Below are positions 21,809 through 30,434 of a DNA stretch of 64,000 nt, piece by piece. Under the pieces are notes generated by a model, which saw only the letters and a program-made list of their open reading frames with translations, did no database searches and was not told the DNA's origin. Origin of the DNA: Allosphingosinicella sp. (lineage in GTDB: Bacteria; Pseudomonadota; Alphaproteobacteria; Sphingomonadales; Sphingomonadaceae); contig DASVVX010000006.1 in the NCBI GenBank assembly GCA_036386295.1, positions 1,431 to 65,430 of the forward strand, read 5' to 3'. The position numbers and the translations under genes were made by a program. Every line of letters starts with the position of its first letter. Positions within the stretch are counted from its first letter, which is position 1.

Positions 21809-21840
21809 ACCCTTCCTTTGCGGGGAAGGGTTTCATTGTT
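21809..21840 (+). terminator. Terminator-like hairpin between the VapB-like ORF and pheS
   Basis: acccttcc-tttgcgg-ggaagggt followed by ttcattgtt. Confidence 0.5.
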
Positions 21841-21898
21841 CCGTCAACCTCGTTTAGAGCGGCGGACATGCCTTACCTCCTGTCGGTCCTACCCTGAG

Positions 21899-23140
21899 AT
21901 GCCAGTCACCCTTACACATGCCGATGTGTTGAGCCCGGAACTCAACAAGGCGCTGTTGGCATCTATGATGCAGCTCGCCGCGACGGGAAATGCGCCCACT
22001 CTGGGTGTGCTTGAAAATTGGCTTCATGACGTCTTGTCTCGCATCGATTCCTGCCGCGAAATGGCGACATTGGAGAAAATCCGGGTCGATTCCCTTGGCA
22101 AGCTTGGAATCCTTACATCGCTTCTAAAATCGCTTGGTAGATTGCCGCCTGAGTTGCGATCAATCATCAGCCCTGAACTAAACAAGGCGAAGGACGAACT
22201 CGCGGACGCGATCGCCGGGCGCAAGGCGCTGCTGGAAGCTGAGGCGCTCGAGCGGCGGCTGGCCGCCGAGGGGCTCGACATGACCCTTCCGGTGGCGGCG
22301 CCCGCGCAGGGCAGCGTCCACCCGGTCAGCCAGGTGCTCGACGAGCTCGCCGAGATCTTCGCCGACCTCGGCTTCTCGGTCGCGACCGGGCCGGAGATCG
22401 AGGACGACTGGCACAATTTCACCGCTCTCAATTTCCCGCCGGACCATCCGGCGAGGGCGATGCACGACACATTTTATCTTCGTCATCCCGGCGCAAGCCG
22501 GGACCCAGGCACGCCGGACTCCGAGGTCTTGGGTCCCGGCCTTCGCCGGGATGACGGCGGGGGGGCGATGCTGCTGCGAACCCACACCTCGCCGGTGCAG
22601 ATCCGGACGATGCAGTCGCAGGAGCCGCCGATCTACATCATCGCGCCCGGGCGCACCTACCGGTCGGACAACGACTCCACCCACACGCCGATGTTCCACC
22701 AGATCGAGGGGCTGGTGATCGACCGCGGGATCCATCTCGGCCACCTCAAATGGACTCTCGAGACCTTCCTCAAGGCCTTCTTCGAGCGCGACGACATCGT
22801 GCTGAGGCTCCGCCCCTCCTATTTCCCGTTCACCGAGCCCTCGGCCGAGGTCGACGTCGGCTTCACCCGGGTGAACGGCCGCCGGGTGCTCGGCGGGAGC
22901 GAGGGATGGATGGAGCTGCTCGGCTCCGGCATGGTCCATCCCCGGGTGATCGCCGCCTGCGGGCTCGATCCGGAAATCTGGCAGGGCTTCGCCTTCGGGG
23001 TCGGAATCGACCGGCTGGCGATGCTCAAATACGGAATGGACGACCTTCGCGCCTTCTTCGACGGCGATCTGCGGTGGCTGAGGCACTACGGCTTCGCCGC
23101 GCTCGACGTGCCGACTCTGAGCGGGGGGGTCGGGGCATGA
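21899..23140 (+). CDS. pheS: Phenylalanine--tRNA ligase alpha subunit with atypical N-terminus and internal repeat insertion
   Basis: [39 protein letters not shown] and GFAFG.GIDRL motifs; start uncertain (21899 or 21965). Confidence 0.96.
   Translation: MPVTLTHADVLSPELNKALLASMMQLAATGNAPTLGVLENWLHDVLSRIDSCREMATLEKIRVDSLGKLGILTSLLKSLGRLPPELRSIISPELNKAKDELADAIAGRKALLEAEALERRLAAEGLDMTLPVAAPAQGSVHPVSQVLDELAEIFADLGFSVATGPEIEDDWHNFTALNFPPDHPARAMHDTFYLRHPGASRDPGTPDSEVLGPGLRRDDGGGAMLLRTHTSPVQIRTMQSQEPPIYIIAPGRTYRSDNDSTHTPMFHQIEGLVIDRGIHLGHLKWTLETFLKAFFERDDIVLRLRPSYFPFTEPSAEVDVGFTRVNGRRVLGGSEGWMELLGSGMVHPRVIAACGLDPEIWQGFAFGVGIDRLAMLKYGMDDLRAFFDGDLRWLRHYGFAALDVPTLSGGVGA
22481..22556. repeat. Family A palindromic element inserted in frame within pheS
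   Basis: cgtcatcccggcgcaagccgggaccca ... tgggtcccggccttcgccgggatgacg; encodes [25 protein letters not shown]. Confidence 0.95.
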
Positions 23141-23247
23141 GGGTGAACGTCACCCCAGCGAAAGCTGGGGTCCATGCGGGGCCGGAGCTCGTCGTGGAGT
23201 CAGCATGGATGCCAGCCTGCGCTGGCATGACGGGGGGAGCGACATGA
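23137..23247 (+). other. Repeat-derived 36-aa mini-ORF bridging pheS and pheT
   Basis: ATG overlaps pheS stop (ATGA 23137-23140); TGA overlaps pheT start (ATGA 23244-23247). Confidence 0.55.
23148..23232. repeat. Family A palindromic element between pheS and pheT
   Basis: cgtcaccccagcgaaagctggggtccatgc ... gcatggatgccagcctgcgctggcatgacg. Confidence 0.92.
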
Positions 23248-25622
23248 AGTTCACCCTCTCCTGGCTGAAGGAGCATCTCGACACCTCGGCTTCGCTCGAG
23301 ACGATCGTCGCCACCCTCACCGCGATCGGGCTCGAGGTCGAAGGAGTCGAGAACCCGGCCGAGACGCTCGCGCCGTTCACCGTCGCCAGGATCCTCACCG
23401 CCGAGCGCCATCCCCAGGCGGACAAGCTCCAGGTCCTCACCGTCGACTCCGGGACGGGCGAGGCGGTCCAGGTGGTGTGCGGGGCGCCCAACGCCCGGGC
23501 CGGGATGCTCGGCGTGTTCGGAGCGCCCGGCGCCTATGTGCCGGGGAGCGACCTGACCCTGAAGGTCGCGTCGATCCGCGGGGTCGAGAGCCGCGGGATG
23601 ATGTGCTCGGTCCGCGAGCTCGAGCTGGGCGACGAGCATGACGGGATCATCGAGCTGCCCGCCGACGCTCCGGTCGGCGCCGGCTATGCGGCCTGGGCCG
23701 GGCTCGACGATCCGGTGATCGACGTCAACGTCACGCCCAACCGGCAGGATTGCATGGGCGTGCACGGCATCGCCCGCGACCTCGCCGCCGCCGGCCTCGG
23801 CACCCTGAAGCCGGTCGGGATCGAGGCCGTCCCCGGCCGCTTCCCGTGCCCCGTCGAGATCCGCACCGACGATCCGGAGACCTGCCCCGCCTTCTACGGG
23901 CGAGTCGTCCGGGGGGTGCGCAACGGGCCGTCGCCCGCCTGGCTCCAGCAGCGGCTCAAGGCGGTCGGGCAAAGGCCGATCAGCGCGCTGGTCGACATGA
24001 CCAATTTCGTCACCCTTTCCTACGGGCGCCCGCTGCACGTCTACGACCTGGCGAAGCTCGAGGGAGCGGTCGTCGCCCGCCGGGCTCGGGACGGCGAGGA
24101 GATGACCGCCCTCAACGGCAAGTCCTACCGGCTCGATCCGTCGATGACGGTGATCGCCGACGACCGCGGCGTTCACGACATCGGCGGGATCATGGGCGGC
24201 GAGCATAGCGGGGTCACCGAGGCGACCACCGACATCCTCATCGAATGCGCCTATTTCGACCCGAAGAGCATCGCCCGCACCGGGCAGAAGCTCGGCCTCT
24301 CCTCCGACGCCCGCACCCGGTTCGAGCGGGGGGTCGATCCGGAGTTCGTCGCGCCCGGGCTCGAGCTCGCGACCCGGCTGGCGATCGAGCTGGCCGGGGG
24401 CGAGGCCTCCGCGACCGTCCGGGCGGGCGAGCCGCCAAGGCTCGACAAGGTCGTCGACTACCGGCCCGAGCGGGCGCTGGAGCTCGGCGGGATCGAGGTC
24501 GGCGAGGCTCGGCAGTCCGAGATACTCGGCCGGCTCGGCTTCGAGGTCGAGCCGGGGGAGCCTTGGCGGATCCGGGTCCCCTCATGGCGGCGCGATATCG
24601 ACGGCTCGGCCGACATCGTCGAGGAGGTCGCCCGAATCGAAGGCTATGACAAGGTCGAGGCGACCCCGCTGCCGCGCGCTCCGGGCGTGGCTCGGCCGAC
24701 CGCGACCGCCGAGCAGCTGGTCGAGCGGCGGGTCCGGCGCACCGCCGCGGCTCGCGGGCTCAACGAAGCGGTGACGTGGAGCTTCCTCCCCGAGGCCGAA
24801 GCGCAGGCCTTCGGCGGCTCGCCCTGGATCCTGGCCAATCCGATGAGCGAGGAGTGGAAGGCGATGCGGCCCTCGCTCCTGCCCGGCCTGCTCGCCGCCG
24901 CCCGCCGCAACGCCGACCGCGGCGCGCTCGGAATCCGGCTGTTCGAGGTCGGTCGGCGCTACCTGGCCGAGGGCGAGCGGCCGACGCTCGGCCTGCTGCT
25001 CGCCGGCGAGCGGGCGCCGCGCCACTGGCGGAGCGGCAAGGCGGGCGGGTTCGACGCTTATGACGCCAAGGCGGAAGCGCTCGCCATCCTCGCCGCGGCG
25101 GGAGCGCCGGTCGACAATCTGCAGTCGCTCGCCGGAGCCTCGGGCGCCTACCATCCGGGCCGCTCGGCTCGGCTCGCGCTCGGGCCGAAGGCGGTGCTCG
25201 CCGAATATGGCGAGGTCCATCCGGCGATCCTCAAGGCGTTCGACCTCGACGGACCGGCGGTCGCCGCCGAGATCTTCCTCGATTCGATCCCCCGCAAGCG
25301 CGGCGGCGGCGGCCGGATGCGCGAGGCCTATGCGCCGCCCGCGCTGCAGGCGGTGCGGCGCGACTTCGCCTTCCTGGTGCCGGCTGAGCTGCCGGCCGAG
25401 ACCCTGCTTCGCGCCGTTCGGGGCGCCGACCGGGCCTCGATCGCCGCGGTGTCGCTGTTCGACGTCTTCACCGGGCCGGGCGTGGCGGAAGGGGAGAAGT
25501 CGCTCGCCGTCGAAATCGTGCTCCAGCCCGGCGAGAAGAGCTTCACCGAGGAGGAGCTGAAGGCGATCTCCGCCCGGATCGTCGCCGCGGCGGCCAGGGC
25601 CGGTGCCAGGCTCCGCGACTGA
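23244..25622 (+). CDS. pheT: Phenylalanine--tRNA ligase beta subunit
   Basis: MKFTLSWLK, HPQADKL, VCGAPN, TPNRQDC, RFERGVD and RRDFAF motifs. Confidence 0.97.
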   Translation: MKFTLSWLKEHLDTSASLETIVATLTAIGLEVEGVENPAETLAPFTVARILTAERHPQADKLQVLTVDSGTGEAVQVVCGAPNARAGMLGVFGAPGAYVPGSDLTLKVASIRGVESRGMMCSVRELELGDEHDGIIELPADAPVGAGYAAWAGLDDPVIDVNVTPNRQDCMGVHGIARDLAAAGLGTLKPVGIEAVPGRFPCPVEIRTDDPETCPAFYGRVVRGVRNGPSPAWLQQRLKAVGQRPISALVDMTNFVTLSYGRPLHVYDLAKLEGAVVARRARDGEEMTALNGKSYRLDPSMTVIADDRGVHDIGGIMGGEHSGVTEATTDILIECAYFDPKSIARTGQKLGLSSDARTRFERGVDPEFVAPGLELATRLAIELAGGEASATVRAGEPPRLDKVVDYRPERALELGGIEVGEARQSEILGRLGFEVEPGEPWRIRVPSWRRDIDGSADIVEEVARIEGYDKVEATPLPRAPGVARPTATAEQLVERRVRRTAAARGLNEAVTWSFLPEAEAQAFGGSPWILANPMSEEWKAMRPSLLPGLLAAARRNADRGALGIRLFEVGRRYLAEGERPTLGLLLAGERAPRHWRSGKAGGFDAYDAKAEALAILAAAGAPVDNLQSLAGASGAYHPGRSARLALGPKAVLAEYGEVHPAILKAFDLDGPAVAAEIFLDSIPRKRGGGGRMREAYAPPALQAVRRDFAFLVPAELPAETLLRAVRGADRASIAAVSLFDVFTGPGVAEGEKSLAVEIVLQPGEKSFTEEELKAISARIVAAAARAGARLRD

Positions 25623-26658
25623 GGCGAAGGTCCGCGCCGCCTTCGCCCGGCAGGCGCAATGGGCCGAGGCTTTGGGGTCGCCCCTGATGGTCCGGCTGTG
25701 CCGGCTGCTGGGCGAGCGGCTCGACCGGGAGAGCGAGGTCGGGCGGCGGGTGCTCGACTGGCGCGGCGACTCCGATCCTTTCGCCGACGCCCTGCCGCTG
25801 AGGCTGACCGGCGGGCTCCACGCCCTGGTGCGACGGGGCGAGGCGCCGGCGCTCGCCGCTTGCTATCCGCCCCGCCCGCTGCCCGGGGAGGACGGCCTTT
25901 GGGCGGCGGTCCGGCCGGCGCTCGGCCATCCGGACCTGCCGGCCTGGCTCGACAGCGCGCCGCAGACCAACGAGGTCGGGCGCTCGGCGGTGCTGATGGC
26001 CGGGCTGCTCGTCGTCGCCGGGCAATTCGCTCGGCCGGTCGAGCTGCTCGAGCTCGGCGCCAGCGCCGGCCTCAACCTGATCCTCGACCGCTACGGCTAC
26101 GATCTCGGCGGACTGCTCGCCGGCAATCCCGATTCGCCCCTGCGGCTGAAGCCGGAATGGATGGGGGACCGGCCGCCGGACGTCCCAGTCGAGGTGGCGA
26201 GCCGGCGCGGAGTCGACCTCAATCCGCTCGATCCGAGGCGCGACGGCGAGCGGCTGCTCGCCTACGTCTGGCCGGACCAGAGGCGTCGGCTGGCGCAGCT
26301 CGAGGCGGCGCTGCGGATCGCCGCCGCCGATCCGCCGGTCGTCGAGGCGGGCGACGCCGCCGGCTGGCTGGAGGCGAGGCTCCCCGAGCCGGCGGCGGCG
26401 GGAGCGGTCCGGGTCGTGCTCCACTCGATCGCCTTCCAATATTTCCCGCCGGAGACGAAGCGGCGGATCGCCGGCTCGATGGCGAAGGCCGGCTCGGCGG
26501 CGACCCGCGAGGCGCCGGTGGCCTGGCTGCGCTACGAGCATGACGAGGGCGACGAGCGGATCACGCTTCGGCTGAGGACCTGGCCGGGGCAGGAGAGCCT
26601 GCTCGCCTATTGCCACGCCCACGGCAGCGTCGTGCACTGGGTGGACGGGGACGACTAG
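25603..26658 (+). CDS. DUF2332-family protein
   Basis: PQTNEVGRS, LELGASAGLNL, G.DLNP and LAYVWPDQ motifs. Confidence 0.85.
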   Translation: MPGSATEAKVRAAFARQAQWAEALGSPLMVRLCRLLGERLDRESEVGRRVLDWRGDSDPFADALPLRLTGGLHALVRRGEAPALAACYPPRPLPGEDGLWAAVRPALGHPDLPAWLDSAPQTNEVGRSAVLMAGLLVVAGQFARPVELLELGASAGLNLILDRYGYDLGGLLAGNPDSPLRLKPEWMGDRPPDVPVEVASRRGVDLNPLDPRRDGERLLAYVWPDQRRRLAQLEAALRIAAADPPVVEAGDAAGWLEARLPEPAAAGAVRVVLHSIAFQYFPPETKRRIAGSMAKAGSAATREAPVAWLRYEHDEGDERITLRLRTWPGQESLLAYCHAHGSVVHWVDGDD

Positions 26659-26659
26659 C

Positions 26660-26767
26660 TCCCCTCCGTGCACGCAGGGAGGAGCCGGGGGTGGGTGCGT
26701 CGTCGCAGACTCATTGCCGGCGGAGACCCACCCACCCCTAACCCCTCCCTGGATCCAGGGACGGGGA
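26660..26767. repeat. CCCTC-type palindromic element (family D) overlapping the 3' end of plsC
   Basis: tcccctcc...gggagg..ggggtgggt / acccacccc..cccctccctggatccagggacgggga. Confidence 0.8.
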
Positions 26768-27448
26768 TTCGAGGGCGTTGATGGCGCCGTGGACCCTCGC
26801 TTCGGCCTCCTTGCGCGGGAGCCCGGGCGGGATCGGCGCTCCGAAGCGCATCGTCACCGCCCCGGGACGCTTCACGAACGAGCGGCGCGGCCAGACCTGG
26901 CCGCTGTCGAGCGCGACCGGGACGACCGGCAGGCCGAGCGCGCGGTAGAGGCCGGCGAAGCCCGGCTCGAGCGGCGGCTGCTCGCCCGGCGCCACCCGAG
27001 TGCCTTCCGGGAAGATGACGATCGGCCGGCCTTCCGACCGGGCCTCGTCCGCGGCCCGAAGCATCTTTCGAAGCGCCGCCGCGCCGCCTTCGCGGTCGAC
27101 CGGGATGATGCCGTAGACGCGAGTCAGCCGGCCCCACAGCGGGATCCGGGCCAATTCGCTCTTCATCACCGTCGCCGGCGTGTCGAGAATGAGCGCGATC
27201 TCGAGAGTCTCGAACATCGACTGGTGCTTGACCGCGACCAGCACCGGCCCGGCAGGCACCTCGCCCTCGACCCGGCTGCGGATGCCGAGCAGGAAGCGCG
27301 CGCACAGGCGGTTGAAGCCGGCCCAGGCGTCGGCGACCCGGCGCACCGCGTTCCGGCCCAGCGGGATGACGAGGATTCCGGCGAGGACGTAGAGGACGCT
27401 GCCCGGGTAGAAGACGAGCGCGTAGAGCAGCGACCTCAGGAGGTTCAT
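26738..27448 (-). CDS. plsC: 1-acyl-sn-glycerol-3-phosphate acyltransferase family protein
   Basis: KHQSMFE and IFPEGTR motifs. Confidence 0.9.
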   Translation of the reverse strand: MNLLRSLLYALVFYPGSVLYVLAGILVIPLGRNAVRRVADAWAGFNRLCARFLLGIRSRVEGEVPAGPVLVAVKHQSMFETLEIALILDTPATVMKSELARIPLWGRLTRVYGIIPVDREGGAAALRKMLRAADEARSEGRPIVIFPEGTRVAPGEQPPLEPGFAGLYRALGLPVVPVALDSGQVWPRRSFVKRPGAVTMRFGAPIPPGLPRKEAEARVHGAINALESPSLDPGRG

Positions 27449-27978
27449 CAGATGCCGACGAGGACCGCGGACCGGCGGAGCAGATATTTGTTATATTCGG
27501 TGAAGAGCTGGGCGAAGCTGGGATTGGATTCCACCGCATCGCCGACCACCGCGACGCCGCCGCCGAGCCGGCGGGAGAGCTCGAAGCGGGCGCGCGGCAT
27601 GTGCCAGTCGGTGGTGACGAGGCGCATCGAGCGGAATTTGTGCCGCTCCATCCAGCGCGCCACCTCTTCCGCATTGGAGCGGGTGTCGACCGCCTCGCGG
27701 CCGAGGTCGACGCAGCAGCGGAACAGCGCCTCGTTGGCCTGATATTCGGCGGCGAGCTCCCCGGGGCGGACGGTTCGGGCGACTCCGGAAACCAGCATCC
27801 GCTTGGCCAGCTTCTTCTCCATCAGCGCCAGGCCGCGCTCGATCCTCTTGGCGCCGCCGGTGAGGACGACGATGGCGTCGGTCGGATGCTCGTCGGCGGG
27901 CCTCGGCAGCAGCACGGCGAACAGGGCATAGCCGAGGATGTAGAGCAGAAGGACGGCCGAGGCGGCGCGGCGGATCAC
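27448..27978 (-). CDS. YdcF/DUF218-family protein
   Basis: DAIVVLTGG, T.SNA.E, LVTTDWHMPRA and EYNK motifs; GTG overlaps ftsX stop. Confidence 0.9.
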   Translation of the reverse strand: MIRRAASAVLLLYILGYALFAVLLPRPADEHPTDAIVVLTGGAKRIERGLALMEKKLAKRMLVSGVARTVRPGELAAEYQANEALFRCCVDLGREAVDTRSNAEEVARWMERHKFRSMRLVTTDWHMPRARFELSRRLGGGVAVVGDAVESNPSFAQLFTEYNKYLLRRSAVLVGI

Positions 27979-28865
27979 AACATTCTCCCAAGCGCCCGAA
28001 GGATGGTGGCCCGGGCGACCAGCATGGCCAGCCCCACTCCGAGCACGGGCAAGGCCGTGAGCGCAAGCCAGCTCGTGCCGGTAAAGTTGGCGGAGCCGAG
28101 GAGATCGGAGCCGAGCGCGCCGATCCTCCGGCCGATGACGAGCAGGGCGAGCGCCGCGGCCGCGAAGCCGACGGCTCCGCCGAACAAGGCGTCGAGGGCG
28201 ATCCGCCGCTGGAACAGGCGGGCGACCTGGACGTCGGTGGCGCCCATCAGGTGGAGCACCTCGATGGTGCTGCGATGGGTGTCGAGCGCGGCGCGGGCGG
28301 CGAGGACGACGGTGGCGCCGGTGGCGCCGATCATCAGGGCGACGAGGCCGAGCGCAAGCCATTTCAGGGCCGAGATCAGCCGGCCGAGCGGCGCAAGCCA
28401 CTGGCCGTTGTCGTCGATCCTCGCCGACGGAGCGGCTTCGGTCACCGCGGAGCGCAACGTGTCGGCGCGCGCGCCGGGGATGAGCCGCGCGTCGATCATC
28501 GCCGGGATCGGAAGGTCGCCGTCCAGCGCTCCGGCGCCGAGCCAAGGCTCGAGCAGCGCCTCCATCTCCTCGGGCGGCAGCCGGCGGACGCTCTCCACCT
28601 CGGGCGTCCGCCGCAGCCGTTCGAGGGCTCGGGCCGCCTCGGCCTCGCGGCGGTCGGGATTGGGCTCGAGCACCTGCACCGTCACCCGGTTGCCGAGGCC
28701 CGCTCCGAGGCTCGCTGCGGCGCTGCTCAGGCCGAGGCCGGCCGCGGCCGCGATCACCGTCAGGAACATCATGATGGCGATCACCCAGGGCATCGGGCCG
28801 GCGAGCCGCCCTTCCGGGAGCAGTCGGCGGTCGGCGGCGCCGAAGCTGCGCTGGCCCCCTTTCAC
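27975..28865 (-). CDS. ftsX: Cell division permease FtsX
   Basis: [17 protein letters not shown] and [11 protein letters not shown] motifs; follows ftsE. Confidence 0.92.
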   Translation of the reverse strand: MKGGQRSFGAADRRLLPEGRLAGPMPWVIAIMMFLTVIAAAAGLGLSSAAASLGAGLGNRVTVQVLEPNPDRREAEAARALERLRRTPEVESVRRLPPEEMEALLEPWLGAGALDGDLPIPAMIDARLIPGARADTLRSAVTEAAPSARIDDNGQWLAPLGRLISALKWLALGLVALMIGATGATVVLAARAALDTHRSTIEVLHLMGATDVQVARLFQRRIALDALFGGAVGFAAAALALLVIGRRIGALGSDLLGSANFTGTSWLALTALPVLGVGLAMLVARATILRALGRML

Positions 28866-29578
28866 GAGTCGGCCCGCCGCGGCGGATGGCGAAGCGCGCC
28901 GGTCGGGTCGAGCAGCGTGCCGCGGTCGAGGCGGAGCATCTCGGAGCGGCCGATGCTCGAGATGAGGTGGAGGTCGTGGGTGGCGACGACGACGGTGGTC
29001 CCGAGCTTGTTCAACGAGTCGAACAGGTGGAGCAGGCGCTTGGCCATCTCCGGGTCGACGTTGCCGGTCGGCTCGTCGGCGACGAGCATCTCGGGGCGGG
29101 CGATGACCGCCCGGGCGATGGCGACCCGCTGCTGCTCTCCGCCCGAGAGGGTGGCGGGCCTGGCGCTGGCGCGGTGGCCGAGGCCGACCCAGGCCATCAT
29201 CTCGCTGACCGGCCCCTGCAGATCCTTCTCGTCGACCCCGGCCACCCGAAGCGGCAGGGCGACATTGTCGAAGGCGGAAAGGTGGTGGACGAGTCGGAAG
29301 TCCTGGAAGACCACCCCAATCCGCCGCCGGAAGCCGGGAAGCCGCTTCCTCGGCATGGTGACGATGTCCTCGTCGAACAATTTGATCAGGCCGCGGCTCG
29401 GCCGCTGGGCGAGGTAGAGCAGCTTGAGCAGCGAGGTCTTGCCGGCGCCGGACGGACCGGTGAGGAAGTAGAAGCCGCCGCGGCGCAGCGAGAAGCTCAG
29501 GTCCGAAAGCGTCTCCGCCCCGGTCCCGTAGCGCAGTCCGACATTATCGAACTGGACGATGTTCCCGCCGTTGCTCAG
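28862..29578 (-). CDS. ftsE: Cell division ATP-binding protein FtsE (probable CTG start)
   Basis: Walker [10 protein letters not shown] lies upstream of the ORF-track start; [15 protein letters not shown] and ADEPTGN motifs; GGAGG-N5-CTG. Confidence 0.93.
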   Translation of the reverse strand: MSNGGNIVQFDNVGLRYGTGAETLSDLSFSLRRGGFYFLTGPSGAGKTSLLKLLYLAQRPSRGLIKLFDEDIVTMPRKRLPGFRRRIGVVFQDFRLVHHLSAFDNVALPLRVAGVDEKDLQGPVSEMMAWVGLGHRASARPATLSGGEQQRVAIARAVIARPEMLVADEPTGNVDPEMAKRLLHLFDSLNKLGTTVVVATHDLHLISSIGRSEMLRLDRGTLLDPTGALRHPPRRADS

Positions 29579-29719
29579 ATCGACCTCCGCTCCACGGCTT
29601 CAATGGCATGCGCCGCGCGGGGCCGTAAACCACTCAATGTAGGCGCAATGGCTTGCATGGCGCGGCGCGGCGTGCTTGGATTCGCCGCGAGCACCCGCCT
29701 TTGGGACCTCCAGTCGCCG

Positions 29720-30430
29720 ATGATCCTGAGCTGTCCCGCCTGTAAGACGCGCTACGTGGTGCCGGACAGCGCGATTGGCCCGTCCGGCCGTCAGGTGCGA
29801 TGCGCTTCGTGCCGCCACAGCTGGCTTCAGCCGCCGCCGGCGCCGCGAATGGCCGCCGACTGGCAGCCGCCCCCGCCGCCGCTTCCCTCGCCGCCGCCGC
29901 CGATCCGGGAACCGGCCGCGGCGAGGCCGTCCGCCTCGATGCTCGGGCCGGCGTCGGCATCCGAGCCGGAGGATTACGACGCTTTCGCCCACCAGCCGCC
30001 GTTCCGGCCGCGCCGCAATCCCGCCCGCCTCTGGACCCTGGCCGCGATCGTCGCCGCGGTCCTGATGCTGGCCGCGACCGCCGCGGTCTATTCGTTCGGC
30101 CTTCCCGAGCTCGGGGTCGATATCGCCCTGCCCGGCCGGACCCGAACCCCGCTCAAGCTCGAGTTCCAGGCCGAGAACCGCACCCTGGCGAGCGGCAACG
30201 CCTTGCTCACCGTCACCGGCCGGATCACCAACCCCACCCAGTCGGTACAGCGAGTCCCGCAGCTTCGCGCCGAGGTTCGCGACTCCGGCGGAAGGACGAT
30301 TCACAGCTGGTCGATCTCGCCGCCGGTGTCGGAGCTCCAGCCGGGCCAGAGCGCCACCTTCAACAGCGCCGAGATGGACGTGCCGGCGAGCGCCGCCAAG
30401 CTTCACCTCGGCTTCCCGGCCGCGGGCTGA
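29720..30430 (+). CDS. Zinc-ribbon (MJ0042-type) / DUF3426 membrane protein
   Basis: [12 protein letters not shown]...VRCASC.HSW, Pro-rich linker, one TM, Ig-like C-terminus; divergent from ftsE. Confidence 0.9.
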   Translation: MILSCPACKTRYVVPDSAIGPSGRQVRCASCRHSWLQPPPAPRMAADWQPPPPPLPSPPPPIREPAAARPSASMLGPASASEPEDYDAFAHQPPFRPRRNPARLWTLAAIVAAVLMLAATAAVYSFGLPELGVDIALPGRTRTPLKLEFQAENRTLASGNALLTVTGRITNPTQSVQRVPQLRAEVRDSGGRTIHSWSISPPVSELQPGQSATFNSAEMDVPASAAKLHLGFPAAG

Positions 30431-30434
30431 GCCG

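Noticed and set aside
21621-21869. 82-aa minus-strand ORF with a GGAGGT-like SD
   Set aside because: No recognisable family, and it lies antisense to the 47-aa VapB-like ORF, which has a recognisable motif. Not fully excluded.
21654-21898. pheM-like Phe attenuator upstream of pheS
   Set aside because: Neither the 47-aa ORF nor the 9-codon [12 protein letters not shown] at 21868 contains Phe codons.
29830-29905. CCG-rich low-complexity tract as a tandem repeat locus
   Set aside because: It encodes the polyproline linker of the zinc-ribbon protein.
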